DNA of 35,658 nt. Origin: Myxococcota bacterium. GTDB taxonomy: Bacteria > Myxococcota_A > UBA796 > CAJQPC01. Under the pieces are notes generated by a model, which was not told the origin of the DNA, searched no databases, and worked only from the letters and a program-made list of their open reading frames with translations. The translations under genes and the position numbers were made by a program. Below, piece by piece: positions 1-8,800 of the stretch. The number at the start of each line of letters is the position of its first letter. The first letter of the stretch is position 1. The DNA is taken from contig JAZAMN010000037.1 of NCBI GenBank assembly GCA_036229005.1, positions 1 to 35,658 of the forward strand, in the 5' to 3' direction.

Positions 1-1
1 G

Positions 2-1237
2 GAGGGGGCCGCGGCCCCCTACACCGCGGAGGTGCGCACGGGGGGGGTGTTTGGGCTCTCCGCCCTCATGTACGGCTACACCGGGGTGGCGGCCGGCGGC
101 CACGACAAGTTCCGCGACGGCAGCGTGGAGGCCCTGTTCCAGAGCGCCCTGGCGACCCGGCCTGAGAGCGTCCGCGAGAAGACCCAGTCGATCGCCTCCA
201 GCCTGGTGAAGGCCAGCCCCGAGGTCCGGGTGTCCCAGTTCGGTCGCTACGGCCGCCTGGAGGCCAAGGAGCTGGTGGGCATCGGCGCCCTGCGGGCCGA
301 CGAGGCGATCGGGGCGGTGAAGCTCTCGGCCGCCGGCCTGGGCGTGAAGACTCCGACGCTGCGGCTGCTCCCCGTCGGGCTGCGGGTGCAGGGGGACAAC
401 CTGGTCGTGCCCATGACCAGCCTGGTCAACATGGACATCGCGGCGCTCAAGCTGAGCAGCGACATGGAGGGCGCCGCCGAGAAGCGGGTGGACCTGGCCA
501 TGAAGAGCGGGGTGATGAACCGCGACGCCCTCAACGAGCTCTACGGCATGGACCTGGGGGAGGCCCCCGAGGCGGACGCTCCGGAGGACCTGGAGGGGCA
601 GTCCGTTCTGGACAAGCTCTGCCTGGAGATCCGCCGCGTGCGCTGCGACGACGAGACCAACCCGGAGTGGTGGGGCAGCGATGAGATCGTCATCGGCGGC
701 ACCTCGGTCGATGAGGACGGCGACACCAAGAAGATCCCCGAGTCCTACGTGGGCGGGGGCTTCGATGACGGCGACTCGCGCTACTACAACCCCTACAAGA
801 ACTTCCACTGGTTCGGGGTGACCGAGGGCAAGAGCTGGCCCAAGCGCTACACGATCACGATGCTGCTGGCGGAGCAGGACAACGGCGGCTTCGGGAGCAT
901 CCTGAACGAGCTCTACAAGCGCGTGAAGGACAAGGTCGCCGAGGTGATCAAGGGCGTCGTGGGCAGCTTCCTGGAGCAGTACCTGGGCTCCTGGATCGCC
1001 AACGCGATCGCCGACGCGGTGGTGTGGGTCGTGGACACGCTGTTCGGCTGGATCATCTCCGCCTTCTCCGACGACGTCTTCCCCCCCGCCACCTTGACCA
1101 TGAACCACGCCGCGCTCGGGGCCCGCTGGTCTCGCAACGGCGTGTGGGGCTACACCGACTCCGGCTGGATGGACGCGGTGTTCAGCGGCCACGGCGGCCG
1201 CTACCGGGTGCAGTACCGCTGGCGCCTGTACGCCTGA
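2..1237 (+). CDS. Uncharacterised protein, probably 5'-truncated by the window; C-terminal beta-rich domain with a long amphipathic helical insert
   Basis: Frame is open from position 2 (EGAAAPYTAEVRTGG...) to TGA at 1235-1237, with strong GC3 bias. C-terminal part reads LCLEIRRVRCDDETN...DEIVIGG...GFDDGD...LLAEQDNGG-[amphipathic segment]-DDVF...FSGHGGRYRVQYRW. True start not determinable. Confidence 0.8.
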   Translation, partial: EGAAAPYTAEVRTGGVFGLSALMYGYTGVAAGGHDKFRDGSVEALFQSALATRPESVREKTQSIASSLVKASPEVRVSQFGRYGRLEAKELVGIGALRADEAIGAVKLSAAGLGVKTPTLRLLPVGLRVQGDNLVVPMTSLVNMDIAALKLSSDMEGAAEKRVDLAMKSGVMNRDALNELYGMDLGEAPEADAPEDLEGQSVLDKLCLEIRRVRCDDETNPEWWGSDEIVIGGTSVDEDGDTKKIPESYVGGGFDDGDSRYYNPYKNFHWFGVTEGKSWPKRYTITMLLAEQDNGGFGSILNELYKRVKDKVAEVIKGVVGSFLEQYLGSWIANAIADAVVWVVDTLFGWIISAFSDDVFPPATLTMNHAALGARWSRNGVWGYTDSGWMDAVFSGHGGRYRVQYRWRLYA

Positions 1238-1246
1238 GGTCCAGCG

Positions 1247-1885
1247 ATGTCCGCTCCCCGAATCGCTCTGGTGGACCTGGGTCTGCAGCCCGACCACCCG
1301 GCCCTTGCGGGCGCGGACATCACCCACCGACGCTTCGGCGGGCGGGGAGACCCGCGACACCACGGCACCCGGTCCGCGGCGCTCCTGCTGGGGGCTGCGG
1401 GCTTTGTCACGGGCCCCCGGCCCAGGCGGTTCGTGGCCCCGGTGGGGCCCGGCGCGGTGGATCGCACCCTGGCCCAGGCGCTGGAGTGGGCGGGGGCTCA
1501 GGGGGCGGACTGCGTGGCGCTCCCGCTGGGGCAGGCCCGCCTGGGGCCACGATCGCGGGCCGCCATCGCCCGGCTGGTGAGCCTGGAGGCGCCGGTCTTT
1601 GCGGCGGCTGGAAACGCGGGGGCTCGGCACTTTCTGGAGCCCGCGGTGTTGCGGGGCGTGCTGTCCGTCACCGCCACCCGGCCCGACGGCCAGATCCTCA
1701 GCTACTGCTGCGCGAGCCCCAGCGTGGCGCTGCGGGCGCCGGGATATCGGCTGGCCACCGGGGTGGGGACCCCAGACCACTGCTCCGGCAGCTCGGTGGC
1801 CACGGCGCTGGTCGCGCGGTGGCGGGCGCTGGGGAAGACCGGAGTCCCCCGATGGTCAGACCAGCCGTCCCCGGAAGGGCCCTGA
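1247..1885 (+). CDS. Minimal S8 (subtilase) family serine peptidase
   Basis: Subtilase motifs in order: IALVDLG (Asp), HHGTRSA (His), AAAGN (oxyanion Asn), SGSSVATA (Ser). Starts 9 bp after the upstream stop. No signal peptide or prodomain. Confidence 0.8.
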   Translation: MSAPRIALVDLGLQPDHPALAGADITHRRFGGRGDPRHHGTRSAALLLGAAGFVTGPRPRRFVAPVGPGAVDRTLAQALEWAGAQGADCVALPLGQARLGPRSRAAIARLVSLEAPVFAAAGNAGARHFLEPAVLRGVLSVTATRPDGQILSYCCASPSVALRAPGYRLATGVGTPDHCSGSSVATALVARWRALGKTGVPRWSDQPSPEGP

Positions 1886-4093
1886 GTTCCGCACCAGGAT
1901 CACGCTGGGCATGTCCTGCACCAGGTCGTGCAGGCGCTCGGCGGTGGCCTCCTCCTGGCCAGGCTCGGCGACGGGCATGCCCAGGAACACCAGGTCGGCC
2001 CCGGCGCTGCGGCGCTTGATGAGGGCGGTGGTGCTCTCGCCGGGGGTGCGCACAACGACCTCCAGGCGGGTCTGGATGTTGGAGCCGGTCAGGTTGTGCT
2101 CCACGCGCTTGCGCAGGGACTTGCCCTCCTGCTCGCCCTCCACGATGGAGCAGAGGGTGATCTGCGCACCCACCCACTCATGGCTCATGACCAGCAGGTG
2201 CGCCAGCAGCAGCATCAGGTCGCCGTTGGACTCCTTGCCGGCCCACCAGACGAGCACCTCACCGCGCCCCTTTTGTCGAGATCCGGGGACGGGCCGCATG
2301 ATGAGGGTGGACTTGTGGAGTGTGTCCATGTGACGAACCCACTTCACCATCCGCTGCAGGCGCTCGTCCTTGCGGGGCCAGCGGAACACGACGGTGTTGG
2401 AGTCCATCCCGCCAAAGCCGTTGGCCTGCGCCGCGGTGAGCAGGGCGCTCTCCAGGTCCCGGACGACGTGCACTTCGGGGAAGGCGAGCACCTTGGCGTG
2501 GGCGAGCACCTCGCGGTATCGCACCAGCATCCGGTCGGCCTGAGCGCGCTCGTCCAGGTCCCCGATGACCAGGGTGCTGACCGACACGACGCCGTGGTCC
2601 TGGCCAAAGTGGGCGGCCATGTTGACCACCCCGACGTCGGCCTCCAGGTCGGCGGTGAACACCAGCAGGTGGGGGCGCCAGTTGCGGGCGTCGACGTGGG
2701 CGGTGCGCAGCTTGATGAGGGCGAAGCGGGCCAGGGAGAGCCACAACCCGGAGCGCAGATCGCCCCAGGTGGCCTTCATCGAGCGGCGGGTCAGGTACCA
2801 CCAGATGGCGAACTCGACGATGACGGCCACGATGAAGGCGATGGGGGAGATGAGCCCCATGACCAGGAAGCAGCCGATGGCGCCCAGCAGGCTGACCCAG
2901 AAGGGCACGCGGATGCGCGGCCGGTAGGAGGGGTCGCTGACCCAGGCCTCCGCGGCGGCGGCCAGGTTCAGGGTGCCGTAGACGGTCAGGAAGAACATGG
3001 AGACCACGGAGGCCACCGCGTTCAGATCCCCCAGCAGCACCGCGCCCAGGGCCACCGCGCCGGAGATGTAGAGCGCCAGCATGGGCTCGCCGGTCTTCTC
3101 GTCCACGCGGGCCAGCTTGATGGGCATCAGCCCGTCCTGGGCCAGGGCCTGCAGGGTGCGGGGGGCGCCCAGGATGCTGCCGATGGCGCTGGAGAACACC
3201 GCGCCAAAGAGCCCGGGCAGGATGGCGAAGGAGCCGCCGATGGCCACCTGGGTCCACAGCAGCGGCTGCCCCTTGAGCGCGTCGGGCTCGGCGGCGGCGG
3301 CCAGGACGATGGGGGCGCTCAGGTAGACGACCATGCCGGTGAACACCGCCGCGAGCACGCCCCGCGGGATGGACTTTGCCGGGTCCTTGAGGTCGCCGGA
3401 GAGCCCCACGCCCGCGAGCACACCGGTCACCGCCGGGAAGAACACCGCAAACACCGAGAAGTAGTCGACCTTCTGGCCGTCGGGCGCCGGGACCGCGTCG
3501 AAGGGGCCCCACTGGGCGACCTTGGGGGCGAGTCCGTCGGGCGCCACGCCCACCCACAGCGCGATCACCGCGATGGCGATGAACACCATGATGGGGAGCT
3601 GCGCCTTGAGGGCCAGCTCCGTGCTCCGGGCCGCCAAGGCCGTCACCGACACGATGATGCTGGCGGCGGTCGCCTGCACCACCCAGGGCTCCACGTCGAT
3701 GCCGAAGGCGAAGTAGAAGGCCTCGGAGAGCCCGAAGGCGTAGAGCGTCACGCTCAGGGCCTGGGACAGGTAGAGCGGGATGCCCAGGGCGCCGCCCAGC
3801 TCCAGGCCCATGGAGCGGCTGATGATGTAGTAGGCCCCGCCCACGCCCACGCGCATGTTGGTGCTCAGCGCGGACATCGACAGCGCCGTGATCACCGTGA
3901 TCAGGTGGGCCAGGACGACGATGCTGATCGTGCCCCACAGGCCCGCGTTGCCGACCACCCAGCCCATCCGCATGAACAGGATGACGCCCAGGATGGTCAG
4001 GACGGTGGGCGTGTAGACACCCAGGAAGGTGCCCAGCCCCAGGCCCTCTTTGGGGGCTTGCTGGGGCGCGCTCGCGCTCGCTTCGGTGCTCAT
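1856..4093 (-). CDS. Cation-chloride cotransporter (SLC12/CCC-like, APC superfamily) with C-terminal cytoplasmic domain
   Basis: GVYTPTVLTILGVILFMRMGWVVG, GGAYYIISRSMG, FAVFFPAVTG..AG..LSGDLKDPAKSIPRG and NWRPHLL motifs; about 12 hydrophobic segments. ATG at 4093 preferred over the ORF-track start 4123. Confidence 0.9.
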   Translation of the reverse strand: MSTEASASAPQQAPKEGLGLGTFLGVYTPTVLTILGVILFMRMGWVVGNAGLWGTISIVVLAHLITVITALSMSALSTNMRVGVGGAYYIISRSMGLELGGALGIPLYLSQALSVTLYAFGLSEAFYFAFGIDVEPWVVQATAASIIVSVTALAARSTELALKAQLPIMVFIAIAVIALWVGVAPDGLAPKVAQWGPFDAVPAPDGQKVDYFSVFAVFFPAVTGVLAGVGLSGDLKDPAKSIPRGVLAAVFTGMVVYLSAPIVLAAAAEPDALKGQPLLWTQVAIGGSFAILPGLFGAVFSSAIGSILGAPRTLQALAQDGLMPIKLARVDEKTGEPMLALYISGAVALGAVLLGDLNAVASVVSMFFLTVYGTLNLAAAAEAWVSDPSYRPRIRVPFWVSLLGAIGCFLVMGLISPIAFIVAVIVEFAIWWYLTRRSMKATWGDLRSGLWLSLARFALIKLRTAHVDARNWRPHLLVFTADLEADVGVVNMAAHFGQDHGVVSVSTLVIGDLDERAQADRMLVRYREVLAHAKVLAFPEVHVVRDLESALLTAAQANGFGGMDSNTVVFRWPRKDERLQRMVKWVRHMDTLHKSTLIMRPVPGSRQKGRGEVLVWWAGKESNGDLMLLLAHLLVMSHEWVGAQITLCSIVEGEQEGKSLRKRVEHNLTGSNIQTRLEVVVRTPGESTTALIKRRSAGADLVFLGMPVAEPGQEEATAERLHDLVQDMPSVILVRNSGPFRGRLV

Positions 4094-4153
4094 CGCCGCG
4101 CAGACTAACAGCCGGACCCCCACAGGTCGCCGCTCAGCCCGTCAAGACCCCCC

Positions 4154-5035
4154 TCACAGCTCCACCAGCTCCTGCTCGTAGCGCCAGCGGCTCCCGCTCG
4201 AGTACACCGAGACGACCCGCAGCGTGTTCTCGTCGTCCCAGGTCGCGTCGGTGATCCAGGCGATGTAGCCGCCCTCGCTGACCTCGACCTCGCCGCTCAC
4301 GTGCATGTGACCGGCGTAGGCCCCCGCGACCCGTCCGGAGATTGGGCCCGTGATCGCCGTGATCGCCGCCATCTCCTCCTCGTCGAAGGATCCCAGGTGC
4401 ATGGGGTGGTGCGAGAAGAGCAGCACGTCTTCGCTGTCGGTGGCCTCCAGGTCCGAGAGCACGTCCGCGAAGAAGGGCAGGGTGCCGCCCGGCGTGTCGT
4501 GGATCTCCGCGAACTCCGAGAGCAGGCCGCCGTCGTGGCGGGAGTTCCAGTCCAGCCCCACCCAGCGCAGGCCCTGGTGGGTGAAGACGTGGTTCTGCAT
4601 CGTCATCGTGCCGTTCACCCCCTCGACCTCCACCTGCCCGCGCCTGTAGTCGCTGACCTGCCCGGCGAGGACATCGTACTGCGGACCAAAGACCTCATCG
4701 AAGCGCGCCTCGTCGCCGGTCGAGATCTCGTTGTCCCCCAGGATGGGCAGCCAGGGTGCCTGGAGTTGGGCCAGCATCTCCGCAGAGGGCTCCAGCCCCG
4801 CTCCCCAGCCGATGTCCCCGACGACCACCACCATCTCGATGCTTCGCTCGGCGGTGTGGTCGTTGATCCACTGCACCGCCGTCTCCAGACGCTCCGTGTG
4901 GTCGGCGTTCCCGGTGATGTGGGGGTCGGCCAGCACCACGAAGCTGAACGCGAACTCCATGGGCGCGCTGTCGGCGGGCTCTCCGGAGTCGGCGGGATCG
5001 GGCGTGCAGGAGAGGGCGGAGAGCAGTGCGAGCAT
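4154..5035 (-). CDS. Calcineurin-like metallophosphoesterase, predicted lipoprotein
   Basis: ADPH, VGD, GDNE, HHP and GHMH metal-binding motifs; N-terminal MLALLSALSC lipobox-like signal. Confidence 0.85.
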   Translation of the reverse strand: MLALLSALSCTPDPADSGEPADSAPMEFAFSFVVLADPHITGNADHTERLETAVQWINDHTAERSIEMVVVVGDIGWGAGLEPSAEMLAQLQAPWLPILGDNEISTGDEARFDEVFGPQYDVLAGQVSDYRRGQVEVEGVNGTMTMQNHVFTHQGLRWVGLDWNSRHDGGLLSEFAEIHDTPGGTLPFFADVLSDLEATDSEDVLLFSHHPMHLGSFDEEEMAAITAITGPISGRVAGAYAGHMHVSGEVEVSEGGYIAWITDATWDDENTLRVVSVYSSGSRWRYEQELVEL

Positions 5036-5119
5036 GGCGGCAGACTACCTCGTTAGAATGCGCGGATGCCCGCAAGCCTGCCCCCCCGGGTGGCTAGGGG
5101 CCTCAAAAGGAAGTGAGCC

Positions 5120-6301
5120 TTGCGCTTCAACCCCATCCTCGACCAGCTCAGCACCTACCCGACCGTGGCCCTGGACAAGAAGAAGGCGCAGGTGCGCGCC
5201 CGCGGCCAGGAGCTCTACGATTTCGGCACCGGCGACCCCATCGAGCCGACGCCGGATGTGGTGCGCGAGGCCATCTGCGACGCCATCCCCCTGGTCTCCC
5301 AGTACCCCACCGTGCGCGGCCCCCGGGCCCTGCGGGACGCGATCGCCGGCTACTGCCATCGGCGCTTCGGCGTGACCCTGGACCCCGAGACCCAGATCCT
5401 CCCCAGCTCCGGCTCCAAGGAGGTCTGCTTCCACCTGCCCATGCTGGTGATCGACCGCGACGCCCCCGACCGCACCGTGGTCTTCCCCGATCCGGGCTAC
5501 CCGCCCTACCACCGCGGCACCTTGTTCGCGGGCGGCGTCCCCCACATCCAGGTCCTCTCCGGCGACTGGAAGCAGAAGGTCTGGGAGCTGCCCGAGGCGG
5601 TGCTCAAGCGCACGCGGCTGGTGTGGATCAACTCCCCGCACAACCCCTCCGGCGCCGTGCTCACCCGCGACGAGCTGCGCCGCACCTGGGAGGTCTGCCG
5701 CCGCCACGACATCCTGCTGGCCTCCGACGAGTGCTACGTGGACGTCTACGACCGGGAGCCCCCCCCCTCCATCCTCGAGGTCGCGACAGAAGGCGTGCTG
5801 GCCGTGCACAGCCTCTCCAAGCGCTCCGGCATGACCGGCTACCGCAGCGGCTTTGTGGCCGGCGACCCCCAGTGGATGGCCCTGCTCCGCCGCTTCCGGG
5901 TCAACCCCGGCCTGGTCCCCCAGGACACCATCAACGCCGGCGCCACCGCCGCCTGGCGGGACGATCTGCACCCCGAGTCCCGGCGCGACGTGCTGCGCGC
6001 CAAGAAGGCCCTCTTCCGCGCCTTCTTCGACGACATCGGCCTGGAGGTCGTCGCCAGCGAGGCCACCTTCTACTTCTGGCTGCGCACCCCTCGGGACCGG
6101 CTGGGCCACCCCATCGGCGAGCACGCCTACGCGGCCCACCTGCTGGAGGCCGGCATCGTCGTCTCCCCCGGCACCTACTTCGGCCTGAGCGAGGCCGGGC
6201 GGGGCTACATCCGCATCGCCATGGTCCCGGACCTGGCCACCTGCGAGCGGGCCATCGCCGCCTGGCGGAGGGTGCACGAAGCCGCCCCGTGGAGTAGCTG
6301 A
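5120..6301 (+). CDS. dapC: PLP-dependent class I/II aminotransferase, probably N-succinyldiaminopimelate aminotransferase
   Basis: SGSKE, PDPGYP, NSPHNPSG, SDECY and SLSKRSGMTGYRSG (PLP Lys) motifs; directly upstream of dapD; TTG start. Confidence 0.8.
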   Translation: MRFNPILDQLSTYPTVALDKKKAQVRARGQELYDFGTGDPIEPTPDVVREAICDAIPLVSQYPTVRGPRALRDAIAGYCHRRFGVTLDPETQILPSSGSKEVCFHLPMLVIDRDAPDRTVVFPDPGYPPYHRGTLFAGGVPHIQVLSGDWKQKVWELPEAVLKRTRLVWINSPHNPSGAVLTRDELRRTWEVCRRHDILLASDECYVDVYDREPPPSILEVATEGVLAVHSLSKRSGMTGYRSGFVAGDPQWMALLRRFRVNPGLVPQDTINAGATAAWRDDLHPESRRDVLRAKKALFRAFFDDIGLEVVASEATFYFWLRTPRDRLGHPIGEHAYAAHLLEAGIVVSPGTYFGLSEAGRGYIRIAMVPDLATCERAIAAWRRVHEAAPWSS

Positions 6302-6343
6302 GGGGCACCCCTTCTTCCCGCCCGAGACGGGCCAGGAGCCCCC

Positions 6344-7150
<807 letters not shown>

Positions 7151-7158
7151 GGGGAGAG

Positions 7159-7196
7159 AGGCGGCGTGTCCCCTCGGGGTGCGTCGCTTATCTTTT
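7159..7196 (+). terminator. Putative intrinsic terminator after dapD
   Basis: AGGCGGCGT...GCGTCGCTT stem (several G-U pairs) followed by ATCTTTT. Confidence 0.45.
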
Positions 7197-7206
7197 GGCC
7201 TAATGG

Positions 7207-7233
7207 GTTGCGCGCAATGGAATAGCGCTTAAT
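7207..7233. promoter_or_regulatory. Putative OhrR operator in the ohr promoter
   Basis: GTTGCGCGCAAT-GGA-ATAGCGCTTAAT: tandem 12-bp pseudo-palindromes (perfect core TTGCGCGCAA at 7208-7217) in an AT-rich patch upstream of ohr, resembling CAAT/ATTG-type OhrR boxes. Confidence 0.6.
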
Positions 7234-7289
7234 GTTGTCAACGAGGACAGGCTGAGCCTGACCGCACCCACCCCGACCCGGAGAACGAC

Positions 7290-7706
7290 ATGAAGGCCCT
7301 CTACACCGCCCAAGCCCTCGCCACCGGAGACGGCCGCGACGGCCACGTCAAGAGCAGCGACGGCCAGCTTGACCTGGACCTGGCCCTGCCCAAGAGCCTG
7401 GGTGGCGCCGGCGACGCGCCCAACCCCGAGCTGCTCTTCGCCGCCGGCTACGCCGCCTGCTTCCACTCCGCCCTGCGGCTGGTGGGTCGGCGCATGAAGC
7501 AAGACGTCTCGGGGTCCACCGTCCAGGCCGAGGTCGACATCGGCAGCATCGGGGGAGGGGGCTTTGGCCTCGCCGTGCGCCTCTTGGTGCACCTCCCCGC
7601 CCTGGATGACGCCGCCGCCCTGCAGGTCGCCGAGGCCGCCCACCAGGTCTGCCCCTACTCCAACGCGACCCGCGGCAACATCGAGGTCACCCTGAGCGTG
7701 GTCTAA
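7290..7706 (+). CDS. ohr: Organic hydroperoxide resistance protein (Ohr/OsmC family)
   Basis: NPELLFAAGYAACF and AHQVCPYSNATRGNI, with both catalytic Cys; GGAG RBS. Confidence 0.97.
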   Translation: MKALYTAQALATGDGRDGHVKSSDGQLDLDLALPKSLGGAGDAPNPELLFAAGYAACFHSALRLVGRRMKQDVSGSTVQAEVDIGSIGGGGFGLAVRLLVHLPALDDAAALQVAEAAHQVCPYSNATRGNIEVTLSVV

Positions 7707-7714
7707 TCGCGGCC

Positions 7715-8161
7715 ATGCAACCGCCTCGCCTGGACGACCAGCTCTGCTTCGCGCTCTACGCCGCCTCGCGCGCGATGGTGCGGAGCTATGGCCCCCTGCT
7801 CAAGGAGCTGGGCCTCACCTACCCCCAGCTCCTGGTCATGATGGTGCTCTGGGAGCAGGACGACCTGAGCGTCTCCCAGCTCGGGGAGCGCCTGCGCCTG
7901 GACTCCGGCACCCTGACCCCGCTGCTCAAGCGCATGGAGAAGCAGGGGCTGGTCTCCAGGCAGCGCGACCCCGCCGATGAGCGCCGCGTGCGCGTCACCC
8001 TGACCCAGCAGGGGAGGGATCTCTCTGGCCCCGCCTCCCGACTCCACCACGCCCTCTTCTGCCGCCTCCAGGAACTGAGCGGCGACTCTGGCGCCAGCGA
8101 GGTCACCGGTCTGCGGGACGCGCTGCACGCGCTGACGGAGGCGCTGGGGGAGGCGGAGTAG
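7715..8161 (+). CDS. ohrR: MarR-family organic peroxide sensor
   Basis: LDDQLCFALYAASR (sensing Cys), LGLTYPQ, LDSGTLTPLLKRME, DERRV; adjacent to ohr. Confidence 0.95.
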   Translation: MQPPRLDDQLCFALYAASRAMVRSYGPLLKELGLTYPQLLVMMVLWEQDDLSVSQLGERLRLDSGTLTPLLKRMEKQGLVSRQRDPADERRVRVTLTQQGRDLSGPASRLHHALFCRLQELSGDSGASEVTGLRDALHALTEALGEAE

Positions 8162-8167
8162 GGGCGC

Positions 8168-8800
8168 TCAGGCCCGGGAGAGACGCTTGTTGAGCCAGAA
8201 CACCAGCGTGGCCTCGTAGGCGGGGGCGGTGTTGAGATCCTGGAGGGCCTTGAGCTCCCGGGAGGTGAACTCGGTTGTGAAGCGGGCGTTCCCCTTCTTC
8301 CTCGTCAGAGCAGCGATCATGCCCTGCACCGCTTGTTTGCGGGCGCGCACCAGCAGAGGCGTGTTCAGCCCCAGGACCTCCTCGGCTTCCCGGAGGCGGT
8401 CTGGGTCTTGGTGGTCGAGCCTGCCGCTGTCCTTGAAGCTCACCTGATCAGCAGCCGCGCTCCCTGGCCCCAGCTCGATGACCTGGTTGCCCTTCCGGGT
8501 GTCGCAGGTCTGGGTGGCCGGTGGTCCAGGATTGCCGGGACAGGCAGCCCAGAGGTTGCCCCAGTCCAGCTCCAGCTCAGGGTGCGCGCTCTGGGGCATG
8601 AAGTGCTCGATCTTCATGCTCTCGGTCTTCAGGCGGCATTGGCAGTAGCAGCAGAGCCCCCGCTGCGCTCCGAGCAAGGCGGTCTGGAGGTCCAGCCGGA
8701 CCTTCGCCGGCAGGTCTGCGAAGCTGGGCGCAGGCGTGCCTCTCTGCTTCCGGTAGACCAGCAGACTCCCGGGCTCCCCTCCCTTGTCGATCCGCTTCAT
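8168..8800 (-). CDS. ptuB: HNH endonuclease, TIGR02646 / Septu PtuB-like
   Basis: MKRIDKGGEP start, QRGLCCYCQ, IEHFMPQS, LDWGNLWAAC, CDTRKGN, LGLN; 4-bp ATGA overlap with the upstream ATPase. Confidence 0.8.
   Translation of the reverse strand: MKRIDKGGEPGSLLVYRKQRGTPAPSFADLPAKVRLDLQTALLGAQRGLCCYCQCRLKTESMKIEHFMPQSAHPELELDWGNLWAACPGNPGPPATQTCDTRKGNQVIELGPGSAAADQVSFKDSGRLDHQDPDRLREAEEVLGLNTPLLVRARKQAVQGMIAALTRKKGNARFTTEFTSRELKALQDLNTAPAYEATLVFWLNKRLSRA

Noticed and set aside
3..20. Perfect 18-bp palindrome AGGGGGCCGCGGCCCCCT
   Set aside because: Almost all G/C, inside an open frame at the window edge, with no U-tract; cannot be distinguished from chance without upstream context.
2..1237. Bacterial gasdermin call for ORF1
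   Set aside because: Its length and long helical insert do not resemble the beta-rich gasdermin pattern; only the gene-pair logic is analogous.
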